Shown one piece after another: positions 13,876-22,745 of a stretch of DNA of 64,000 nt. Made by a program: the position numbers and the translations under genes. How positions within the stretch are numbered: the first letter of the stretch is position 1; each line of letters starts with the position of its first letter. This DNA comes from Zootoca vivipara. Taxonomy: Eukaryota. The notes beneath the pieces are model-generated. The model saw only the letters and a program-made list of their open reading frames with translations. It searched no databases and was not told where the DNA came from. The DNA is taken from NCBI RefSeq assembly GCF_963506605.1, contig NC_083279.1, positions 35,278,001 to 35,342,000 on the forward strand, read 5' to 3'.

Positions 13876-16800
13876 TCCACCCCCCTCCCAAGCTCTCCTT
13901 CACCCCTCCCCAGGCCCCCCCATGTGTCGGTGACGACTGGAAGCCTAAGAACTCAGTGCTCTCCGAGCCCGTTGGTGTGAATACCTCCCCCCAGTCCTGC
14001 GAGCCCCCCCCTTCCGCCTGGGAGGACGGGAATCCCAAAAAGTCCGTGGCGTCAGAGCTGGTGGGGGTAAAAACGTTCTGCCAATCTGCTCCTTCCTCTG
14101 ACTGGGTGGATCTCGGTGACACCCATACCTCATCCTCTGGTTCCTCAAACTCCGCTTCCCAGCGCCATGGTGAGCTGCTCTCCCGTGCCTCCTCCTCCTC
14201 CCCCTCCCTTTCCATGTGCCAGGGCTTGGGTCTGTGGGGAAAGAGGGCGTGAAATTCTTCCACCAAGAATTCCTCCTGTATCTGAGTGGCTGGGACCCAT
14301 TCATTCTGGGACGGTGGAGCATCCTCCCATGCCATGAGGTACTCCAGTCCCCCCACCCCCCACCTTGAATCCAGGATGGCCGTGGCCTCATTGAGTTGCT
14401 CCCTGCCTTCCCTCTCCCCCCCTCCCTCGGGGGTTTGTTCGCTGTCTCGGAGCCTGCTGCTTTCCCTGTACGGCGACAGCAGCGATCTATGAAACACTGG
14501 ATGCACCCTCATGTCCTCTGGCAGTGCCAGCCTGTATGCCACCGGGTTGACCTGTTGCGTGACCGTGAAGGGGCCCAGCCTTTTGGGTGCCAGCTTTTTG
14601 CACCTCCCTCTGGTGGGAAGGCCCTCCGAGGACAACCACACCTTGTCCCCCACCCTGATGACCTCCCCTAGTCGCCTGTGGCGATCTGCCCCCTTTTTGT
14701 ACGCTTCCTTGGCCCTCTCCAAGTGTTCTCTGAGCTGCTGGTGCACCGTCTCCAGTTCCTCTGCCCAATCCTCAGCCTGTGGGCCCTCCTCCTCCTCCTC
14801 CCCCTCCCTCTCTGGGAAAGATCTGAGGTCGCGCCCGTAATTGGCCTTAAAGGGCGACACCCCTGTGGAGACGTGCACCGCATTGTTGTAGGCAAATTCT
14901 GCTAGTGGCAGGCGATCCACCCAGTCCGTTTGCCTCTGGCTGACGTAGCATCTCAGGTACTGCTGCAGAATGGCGTTGACCCTCTCCGCTTGTCCGTTGG
15001 TCTGCGGGTGTCTAGCCGTCGACAAGCTGACCTCCACCTGCAGGAGGTTCATGAGCCGCCGCCAGAACCTGGAAACAAATTGGCGGCCACGATCCGAAAT
15101 AACCCTTAAAGGTAATCCATGCAGTCTGAAAACGTGATCAACAAACAGTTTGGCTGTCTCTTCTGCAGAGACTGCCCTGGCACACGGTATAAAGTGGCAC
15201 ATTTTGGACATGAGGTCCACCACCACCAACACTGCGGTCTTACCCCGGGAAGAAGGCAGATCTGTGATGAAGTCCATGGACACCACTTCCCACGGCCTGT
15301 GTGGCGTGGCTAAGGGCTCCAGCAACCCTGGTGGCGCTGCTCTGACCACCTTTGCCCGCTGGCAGGTGTCACAGCCCCGTACATAGTCTCGAACATCTTC
15401 CCTCACCCCTGGCCACCAGAAGTGTCTCATGACTAGGTGAGTGGTCTTGTCCCTTCCAAAATGCCCCGCCGTCGGGTTGTCGTGCATCTGTTTGAGGACC
15501 GTACGTCTGAGCTGGGTGGTGGGCAGGTACAGTGCACCCTTGTAGAAAAGCAGCCCTCTGCGTTCTGCAAATTCTTTTGCCTGCTCCCTCCCCCCTCTCA
15601 GTTCTCTGAAGATGCGGTTGGCAAATTCATCCGCTGCCGTCAGTGCTGTGAGTTCTGCCTCACTCACCACTGCTGCTCCGCAGGACCATGCCGACGGGGG
15701 GAAAATGTGCCTTGGGGCTGGTGGCTCCTCCTCCTCCATGTACTCTGGCTTGCGGGAGAGGGCATCCGCCCTGACGTTCTGCTCTCCCGGGATGTAGTGT
15801 ATGGAGAAGTTGAAGTTCGAGAAGAACTCTGCCCACCGTATCTGCCGCTGGTTGAGCACCCTGGCAGTTCTCCAGAACTCCAGGTTCTTGTGGTCTGTGC
15901 ACACCTGGATGGGGTGCTTGGCGCCCACCAGGAAGTGTCTCCAGTGCTGGAACGCCGCGTGGATCGCCAGAAGTTCCCGATCAAAAACTGTGTAGTTCCG
16001 CTCTGGCTGGGTCAACTTCCTGGAGAAGAAGGCACAGGGTCTCCACTCTCTGTTGGCGTCCAGTTGCAACAAAATGGCGCCCACCGCTTTATCAGAGGCA
16101 TCTGTCTCAATGCGTAGGGGCGCGTCCTGAACCACGTGGAACAGGTTCTGGTCTGAGGCGAACACCCTCTTGAGGCTTTCGAACGCTGCTTGCGCCTCTG
16201 GTGTCCACCGGAACTTCTGCTTGCCTCTCAGGCAGTCAGTGATGGGAGCCGTAACTCGAGAGAAGTTCTTGATGAACTTCCTGTAGAAGTTGGCGAAGCC
16301 TAGTAGGCGTTGGGCATCTTTGCGCGTCCTGGGGCTGTGCCAGTCCAGGATGGCCTGCACCTTGTCCTTGTCCATCGCTAGCCCCTTGTCTGACAGCTTG
16401 TAGCCCAGGAAGTCCACCTCCTTGGTGTGAAACTTGCACTTCTCCAGCTTCACATACAGGTGGTTCTCCTTCAGGCGCTGTAACACCTCCCTGACGTCCT
16501 TCACGTGCTGCACTGGGTCGTTGGAATAAATAAGGATGTCATCCAGAAAGACCAAGCATTTCCTGAAGAGGAGGGACCCCAGGACGTGGTGCATGAAGGC
16601 CTGGAAGCATGCTGAGCCCCCTTGCAACCCGAAGGGCATCACCAGATATTCAAAAGAGCCCAGAGGCGTGAACATCGTGGTTTTCCACTCATCGCCCTCC
16701 CGGATTCTGATCAAGTTGTACGCCCCCCTCAGGTCTAGCTTGGTGAAAATCTTGCCCCTGCGTGCCGCTGTCAGGAGATCATCCACTCTGGGCATGGGGA

Positions 16801-17695
16801 AAGCCACTGGCTCTGTCACTGAATTCAGCCGTCTAAAATCCACCACCAGGCGGCGCTGTTGCGTGTCTTTCTTGTCCACCCAGAAGACCGGGCTGCCCCC
16901 TGCTGCCTTGCTTTCTCTGATGAACCCCCGCTTGAGGTTCTTGTCGATGAAAGCGCGCAGATCCTCCAGTTCCTGGTCTGACATGGCGTACAGCTTGGCT
17001 GGGGGTATAGTTGCCCCTGGCACCAGGTTGATCTGGCAGTCAAAAGGCCTGTGTGGGGGCAGATGGTCGGACTCCGCTTCGCTGAAGACCTCCTGCAGGT
17101 CCCAGTACGGTTTGGGTATCGCTTCACCCCCTTTGACGTGCATGGTGGCCACCGTGGCTATCGGAGGCCCCTCCCCTGGTTGGTGCTGCATGCAATGTTC
17201 TAGGCAAAAGTCCGATCCAAATGTGATGCATCTCTGGTGCCAACTTATGGAGGGGTCGTGGCGCGCCAGCCAGCTCATGCCCAAAACGATGGGGGGGTCT
17301 GAGATGGTGGTGACGTTGAATGCCAGTGTCTCTGAGTGCCTTCCAACCGTCATTCTCATGGGGGGGGTTTGATGAGTGATGGCCCCTCCCAGCAGCTCTC
17401 TGCCGTCAATGGTTGCCACGTGCAGAGGAAAATCCAGCTGCAGAAGCTGGATCTGGTGCTCTTCTGCAAAGTTTCTCGAGAAGAAGTTCGCTGACGCCCC
17501 ACTGTCAATTAGGGCGAGGACTGTAAGGGGATAGCCATTTGGAAGCGTGAGCGTCACTTCTAGAACCACTCCTGCTCTGGGAGGGGTGGGCTGGCTCTGC
17601 TCCTCTCTGTGCGGGTGGGTGGGCTGGGGCTGTTGTCTGCTGACTGTGCCTGGCTGCTGCCCCTTGTCTCCTGCAGCCAGGCTTTCCCGTTTCCC
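13871..17695 (-). CDS. pol: Pol polyprotein (protease, RT, RNase H, integrase, chromodomain, acidic tail), expressed by -1 frameshift from gag
   Basis: Protease LIDSGA; RT FTKLDLRGAY, MPFGL, FLDD; RNase H ETDASD, ELLAI, TDHKNL, ADALSR; integrase HHCC, SMDFI/ISDRG/QAERVN, GPF; chromodomain ILDSR..LEYL..W. The frame stays open upstream of the listed GTG (17569) as far as the slippery site at 17695. Confidence 0.95.
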   Translation of the reverse strand, partial: GKRESLAAGDKGQQPGTVSRQQPQPTHPHREEQSQPTPPRAGVVLEVTLTLPNGYPLTVLALIDSGASANFFSRNFAEEHQIQLLQLDFPLHVATIDGRELLGGAITHQTPPMRMTVGRHSETLAFNVTTISDPPIVLGMSWLARHDPSISWHQRCITFGSDFCLEHCMQHQPGEGPPIATVATMHVKGGEAIPKPYWDLQEVFSEAESDHLPPHRPFDCQINLVPGATIPPAKLYAMSDQELEDLRAFIDKNLKRGFIRESKAAGGSPVFWVDKKDTQQRRLVVDFRRLNSVTEPVAFPMPRVDDLLTAARRGKIFTKLDLRGAYNLIRIREGDEWKTTMFTPLGSFEYLVMPFGLQGGSACFQAFMHHVLGSLLFRKCLVFLDDILIYSNDPVQHVKDVREVLQRLKENHLYVKLEKCKFHTKEVDFLGYKLSDKGLAMDKDKVQAILDWHSPRTRKDAQRLLGFANFYRKFIKNFSRVTAPITDCLRGKQKFRWTPEAQAAFESLKRVFASDQNLFHVVQDAPLRIETDASDKAVGAILLQLDANREWRPCAFFSRKLTQPERNYTVFDRELLAIHAAFQHWRHFLVGAKHPIQVCTDHKNLEFWRTARVLNQRQIRWAEFFSNFNFSIHYIPGEQNVRADALSRKPEYMEEEEPPAPRHIFPPSAWSCGAAVVSEAELTALTAADEFANRIFRELRGGREQAKEFAERRGLLFYKGALYLPTTQLRRTVLKQMHDNPTAGHFGRDKTTHLVMRHFWWPGVREDVRDYVRGCDTCQRAKVVRAAPPGLLEPLATPHRPWEVVSMDFITDLPSSRGKTAVLVVVDLMSKMCHFIPCARAVSAEETAKLFVDHVFRLHGLPLRVISDRGRQFVSRFWRRLMNLLQVEVSLSTARHPQTNGQAERVNAILQQYLRCYVSQRQTDWVDRLPLAEFAYNNAVHVSTGVSPFKANYGRDLRSFPEREGEEEEEGPQAEDWAEELETVHQQLREHLERAKEAYKKGADRHRRLGEVIRVGDKVWLSSEGLPTRGRCKKLAPKRLGPFTVTQQVNPVAYRLALPEDMRVHPVFHRSLLSPYRESSRLRDSEQTPEGGGEREGREQLNEATAILDSRWGVGGLEYLMAWEDAPPSQNEWVPATQIQEEFLVEEFHALFPHRPKPWHMEREGEEEEARESSSPWRWEAEFEEPEDEVWVSPRSTQSEEGADWQNVFTPTSSDATDFLGFPSSQAEGGGSQDWGEVFTPTGSESTEFLGFQSSPTHGGAWGGVKESLGGGWM
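13876..13898 (-). other. Polypurine tract
   Basis: - strand GGAGAGCTTGGGAGGGGGGTGGA immediately precedes the TG of the 3' LTR. Confidence 0.85.
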
Positions 17696-18786
17696 TGCTG
17701 TGGTGCTGCGTCAGTGGGGGAGGGCACAACCGTTCCCGCCTTTCCTTGCCACTCCCTGCGATGTGGGCAGTCTCTGACGAGATGCTGGGGGGAGTTGCAG
17801 AGAAAGCAATTCCCGCCCCTTCCCTCCTTGCGTCTTGGCGCCGCTGGGGTTTGAAAAGCCCGCGCGCGCGCGCTATCCATCTGCATGGGTTCCTGGTCCT
17901 GACTGGCCCCAGGCGTGGCTTGAAAGGGTTGTTGGGGGAGTGGCTTCTCCTGCGACCGTGGGAACCAAGCCCGCTTTGCGCGCGTTGCTTGCTTGTCGCT
18001 CCACCGGGATTCCTGTCTCACCCCCACCGCCAGAGCCGCTTTGCTCAGCTGATCCATATTACTGGGCTTTGGACCTCTCGAGAGCTCATCCTTCACCTCC
18101 TCATGCAACCCCAAGTAGAACGCCGCTTGCATTGGGGGGGACCCCAGTTCCCACCCCAATCTGTGCACCAGCATGGTGAATTTCGCCCAATACGCGCGAA
18201 CTGTCATATTTCCTTGGCGTAAATTATGAAGTTCCTCCTTGGTCTGGTCCATATGACTATCGGACGAATACATCGTTTTCAAACCTTCTAGAAATAGTTT
18301 GACATTCTTCATGCAAGGATTCCTTGTTGCAATTAACGGTCTTAGCCACTCCCTGGCTGCCCCGGTAAGGTGCTCCACAATAAACGCTACTCTGTGCTCA
18401 TCATCAGGGAACTCATCGTGGTGCAGCTCCAGAGCATACACAATCTCAGTCTCAAAGCCCTGAAATTCCTTCGGGTCTCCATTGAACTTGCTAACTAGGG
18501 TCCCAGCTCTCCTTCCTGGCAGCACTTGGACTTGGGGTGCCCCTCCCGCCTTGTTTTTCTCTGCATCCAGCTTGTTTTGGAGGTCTACCGCCACCGCCCT
18601 TAATTGCTGCTCTTTTTCCTGAAGCTCTCTCACCTGTTCCGCAAGTTGTAGCCGGTCGTCCTGGACCTTCTTAGTCTCCTCTTTAGCTGCCTTCAATTCT
18701 CCCTGCGCCTGCAGCGACAGCTGCTGCAGTTCTAGCTGGGCTTGCTCAGCGATCTGCCGCCACTTCTCCGCCTCTGACACGCTCAT
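17560..18786 (-). CDS. gag: Gag (coiled coil, capsid, CCHC zinc knuckle)
   Basis: First ATG at 18786 (MSVSEAEK). N-terminal heptad-rich region; retrotransposon capsid motifs (FNGDP..F, LTGAAREW, LRQG..TVRAY, FYLGL); CFLCNSPQHLVRDC knuckle. Confidence 0.92.
   Translation of the reverse strand: MSVSEAEKWRQIAEQAQLELQQLSLQAQGELKAAKEETKKVQDDRLQLAEQVRELQEKEQQLRAVAVDLQNKLDAEKNKAGGAPQVQVLPGRRAGTLVSKFNGDPKEFQGFETEIVYALELHHDEFPDDEHRVAFIVEHLTGAAREWLRPLIATRNPCMKNVKLFLEGLKTMYSSDSHMDQTKEELHNLRQGNMTVRAYWAKFTMLVHRLGWELGSPPMQAAFYLGLHEEVKDELSRGPKPSNMDQLSKAALAVGVRQESRWSDKQATRAKRAWFPRSQEKPLPQQPFQATPGASQDQEPMQMDSARARAFQTPAAPRRKEGRGGNCFLCNSPQHLVRDCPHRREWQGKAGTVVPSPTDAAPQQGNGKAWLQETRGSSQAQSADNSPSPPTRTERSRASPPLPEQEWF
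17648..17695 (-). other. -1 programmed ribosomal frameshift signal
   Basis: G GGA AAC in the gag frame (17695-17689), a 6-nt spacer, then a perfect 10-bp stem GCCTGGCTGC/GCAGCCAGGC (17682-17648). Pol is in the -1 frame. Confidence 0.85.
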
Positions 18787-18815
18787 CCCGGCAACTCCAA
18801 AGTAGCCCAAAAATG

Positions 18816-18826
18816 ATTAGGAGGTT
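18816..18826 (-). other. Self-priming primer-binding site (Tf1-type)
   Basis: - strand AACCTCCTAAT lies 2 nt after the 5' LTR and is complementary to ATTAGGAGGTT inside the LTR (18977-18967). There is no TGG tRNA-type start. Confidence 0.8.
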
Positions 18827-18828
18827 GC

Positions 18829-19257
18829 TGTCACGGTGGCCGGAGTGGACTACTTCAGAGTAACGACGCCACGCAGCTCTGCATTTTATTCTTTTATTGG
18901 TGCTGCGTATTTACAGTGCTCAAGTCATTGCTATTTACACGGAGTGATGTGGTCAGTCGGTTTCAGAACCTCCTAATGGCTTTTGGCGCGTCTTTCTCCA
19001 ACACAAAAGCTTTGGCAGACCCATCCTCTTGCCCCTCCTCTTCCTGCGTAATTCTGGAGTTGGGGGGATGGGTCTCCCCCCCCTTGCTTGCCCCTTCCTG
19101 TCCCACCTGGGACCCTGGCTCCTCTACCTTGCCTGAGCCTCGGACACGACTTCCTGCTTCCCCACTGGAATCGGAACTCTCCCTGCTTTCCCCTTTGCTC
19201 GGGGACGGGCTTGAACTCAGGAGGGGAGGGACTTCGCGATATCCCCTGTCCCTCACA
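18829..19257 (-). repeat. 5' LTR (429 bp)
   Basis: Direct repeat of 13448-13875; C8 at 19076-19083. Confidence 0.97.
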
Positions 19258-19258
19258 C

Positions 19259-19394
19259 CAGGCATCCCCAAACTCTGGCCCTCCAGATGTTTTGGACTAC
19301 AACTCCCATCATCCCTGACCACTGGTCCTGTTAGCTAGGGATCATGGGAGTTGTAGGCCAAAACATCTGAAGGGCCGCAGTTTGGGGGTGCCTG
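19259..19394. mobile_element. ~135-bp hAT MITE split by the LTR element (its first 4 bp lie at 13444-13447)
   Basis: CAGGCATCCCCAAACT...AGTTTGGGGGTGCCTG; 8-bp TSD TACTACGC at 13436-13443 and 19395-19402. Confidence 0.9.
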
Positions 19395-20082
19395 TACTAC
19401 GCTATATCAAATTGATCTCAGGGCAGTGTCCAAGAATACATTTAAAATCATTTCATTAATTTCAAGTAGATGAAACAATAAATAAAGCATTTTTAAAGCA
19501 TAGGGCAACTGATTCCCTTACTGTCGCAGACAAATCACAAATGCTTCAGAATTTAGCCAGTTCTTATCTTGACAGCAGTATTAAGCTAAGGTCGGCCTCA
19601 GATCGACCTCAAAAGGGAGGAGGGTTCTCCACAGTTGGGGCGCCACTTTGGAAAATGCCCTCTTAGAAAAGACGAATAGCATCTCTACAAAAGACGGAAA
19701 TGATTTGTATAAAGTTCAAATGTGCTATAATTCATAGATATGGATGCAAATTTAGAAACCACAACTATAATTTAATTAAAAATGTAAGGAAAAAAATCCT
19801 GCCATAATAGACAAAACCTGTTTGCTGTCCAGCTGCTGTCAGTTGGGCATCTTTAAGGCCCCTGTTGCCTCCTTTTTTTCTTTAAACTGGACTTGGGCCA
19901 GAATCATGGTTCTTGAACCAGAGGACTGTTTTTTGTAACGCATGACACATGGACACCCTGCTTGCAGATATCAACTTCCAGCTAAATGTAGAAAACTTTC
20001 CTAAAACCATACCTCCAAGCCCTTTCACATATTCATAATTAGCATGATACGGGGATCTGCTCTGGGCAGATAGTAACAAATA

Positions 20083-20411
20083 CAGTAGGACCTCCACTTA
20101 TGAATTTAATTTTAATTTAATTTTAATTTAATCCGTTCCAAATGCACACTCGTAGGTCGAAAACTTCGTAAGTCGAGTTTCCCATAGGAATGCATTGGAA
20201 ACGGAAAAACTCGTAAGTCGAGGAAACCGCATCTAAAAATTCCTAAGTCGAGGAAATCGCATGTAAAAATTCCTAAGTCGAGGAAATCGCATCTAGCTGC
20301 AAACGGGTTTTCCGTTTGGATGTCGAAAAAATCATAAGCGCGCAACCACTTTTTCCACTCATAAGTAAAAAACGTCGGATGTTGAGTACTTCGTAAGTCG
20401 AGGTCCCACTG
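20083..20411. mobile_element. Tc1/mariner(pogo)-type MITE
   Basis: TA-flanked CAGTAGGACCTC...GAGGTCCCACTG; internal 30-bp repeats (TAAGTCGAGGAAATCGCAT). Confidence 0.75.
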
Positions 20412-22271
20412 TATTTAGGGCATGAACTGATCTGTACCATGCAGTTGTAGGAGAAAACTACACCTGGACGAAGGAAGGATGATCTCATTTATTCTTTATA
20501 ATAAATTACTGTACATGATGCTTTGTGCTCAGTTTTCAAGAACTTGACATAGTTTTGAGGCAACCGATGAAAGCACAGGTACCAATTTGCTGAGAAGGCA
20601 GCAAGCCCAAGCAGAATGGTGCTCTTCCCTGTTAGATCTATGACTATGGTCTGCATTCTGAGCATGTGTAAATAAATGTGCTGTTCCACCTCTCCAAAAC
20701 CAGGCAGCCTTTACTCCAAAATTCCAAACAAAATGTTGTGTTGGTGTCTTCCGATAAATTATGGAAAGACGCAATTTAAAAATAGCTAAAAGGAGTGGAT
20801 ATAATTAGCGAACACTCCTGTCACATCAAAACCCGAAACTCTTTATTTCCTGTGTTGCTTAATCTGCACTTTGGGTGGGGTGTAAATAGGTGTGTGTGCT
20901 TCAGTTCCTCAAACATGCTGAGTTATTAAAAGGATCATCTATAAAAATAAAACTGTGGCAGAGCTTGTCAAGGAAAAAAATCTGTGACTATCTTGTTCTG
21001 TGTATGGGCTTGTTGGCAGATAGACCTATATGATAGGTTGACTGAGAAATTCAGATTAGTAGGCTTCTCTTGTTTTGGGGTATTTCAGTGGTGCAGCATG
21101 CAGAAGGTCCCAGGTTTAAGCCCTGATATCTCGATGTAGGACAGGGAATGTCCCCTGTCTGAAACCCCTGCGAGCTAGTGCCAGTCTGTGTTGGCAGAAC
21201 TAGATGGACCAAAGCAAATGCACATGTTCTCATACAGTGTCCTCCACTCACAGCAAACATGCTTTTTTCTGTTTGATGCAAGCTCTACAGAGTTGGGAGG
21301 TTCTTACTTTTTATCTTGGGCAGAGAGGCGGGCCTGGAAGGTGCTTCTCAGAAAGAATATGTTTTGTTACAGCCTTGGAACCTTATGTGGAATCTTTGAC
21401 ACCCTATATCTTAACTACAGTCCACAATTACAACTGTATATATTAAGAGACGAAAGGTAGTCTTTCATAGGTTAGTTCCACATAGGCCTGGTTCTCACAA
21501 ATAGCAGTTATAGTTGTATTCTGCTGTGTCTTTGCACTATGTTTATAAGTTAGCTTCCCATCGCATTATTGAGCAATTATAAAACCTCTTCCCACAGGCA
21601 TTAGGCACTATTACACATGCTCAGTCATCCTGATAAGGCAGCAACTATTATTTATTTATTTTTGAGGTAAGGGGAGAGGCTCTTACTATGAAATACCAGT
21701 ATGATGTCATGCATTAACCTTCAGACAGACATGTTGCAAACATCTGAAACCTGGAAGATTCTTTCCACTATCTTAGGCTGCAGTCTTACACACTGAACTC
21801 AGTGTGGCGTAATCCAGAGTAGATATGTTTAGTATCATACTTTTAAAATCCCTGCCTTCGCTGTATTTGTATGGAAGTAAATGTGCTAGTTGCTTTACTT
21901 CGCTTAAGTAAACAACCATAGAACCAAACAAAAACAGACCCACATACCGGTAGATACTTTAAAACCGGTGGCAGGGGCAGGGAATTCATTAAAAACATCC
22001 CACTCACAAGTTCATTTATAAATGTAAGATCTCAATATTTTGCACCAGTACAGTTCCAGTGACAAAGTGTACTATTTTTAGCCCTGGCACAACTTACTTA
22101 TTATTGCGTGTGGAGGTCCCCAAACCACCCCTAAATAAATCACAACGTACACAGAATTAAGTTTAATGGTTTTTGGCATGAATTTGGCCACAACTTTATT
22201 AAAATCCAAAACAATGTGTGAGTGGTTGCGTAGGCATTGGTTCCCAACTGTCACCTAAGGACAGAACTGAT

Positions 22272-22641
22272 AATAAGATAAACTTGCCTTGTCAACACGG
22301 GGAAATCCCCACAGGGAGAGACGGGGACCGGGTGTACAGAACTCTCCCCTCTCCCTTCAGGCTCCCAGAGGCTTCAATATGCCGTCCTGGCCCCTACCTC
22401 GGGGTTACGGACACAGCATAGAGCCACTGTATACCTGACCAGGATTTCCCCACCACAATAAGATAAACTTGCCTTGTCAACACGGGGAAATCCCCACAGG
22501 GAGAGACGGGGACCGGGTGTACAGAACTCTCCCCTCTCCCTTCAGGCTCCCAGAGGCTTCAATATGCCGTCCTGGCCCCTACCTAGGGGTTACGGACACA
22601 GCATAGAGCCACTGTATACCTGACCAGGATTTCCCCACCAC
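22272..22641. repeat. 185-bp tandem duplication
   Basis: 22272-22456 and 22457-22641 differ at one base (CCTCGGGG vs CCTAGGGG). Confidence 0.95.
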
Positions 22642-22745
22642 TCAGGCATAAACTTGGGGCCAACTAATCTTTAAGACCCTTAATACAAACATCATAACCA
22701 ATGCCTAACCGCCACCAGAGCCGAAGGCTCGACCGCCAAAACCAC

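Larger units (their letters stand above)
13448..19257 (-). mobile_element. Full-length Ty3/Gypsy LTR retrotransposon, chromovirus Tf1/sushi clade
   Basis: Two TG...CA LTRs, 5-bp TSD CCAGG (13443-13447, 19258-19262), intact gag and pol, PR-RT-RH-IN-chromo domain order, and a PPT. Confidence 0.97.

Noticed and set aside
16536-17372. 278-aa antisense ORF and other + strand ORFs within pol and gag
   Set aside because: Shadow frames of a GC-rich coding sequence; no recognisable domain.
20200-20300. CRISPR-like periodic repeats
   Set aside because: Eukaryotic DNA; 30-bp tandem units without unique spacers inside a MITE.
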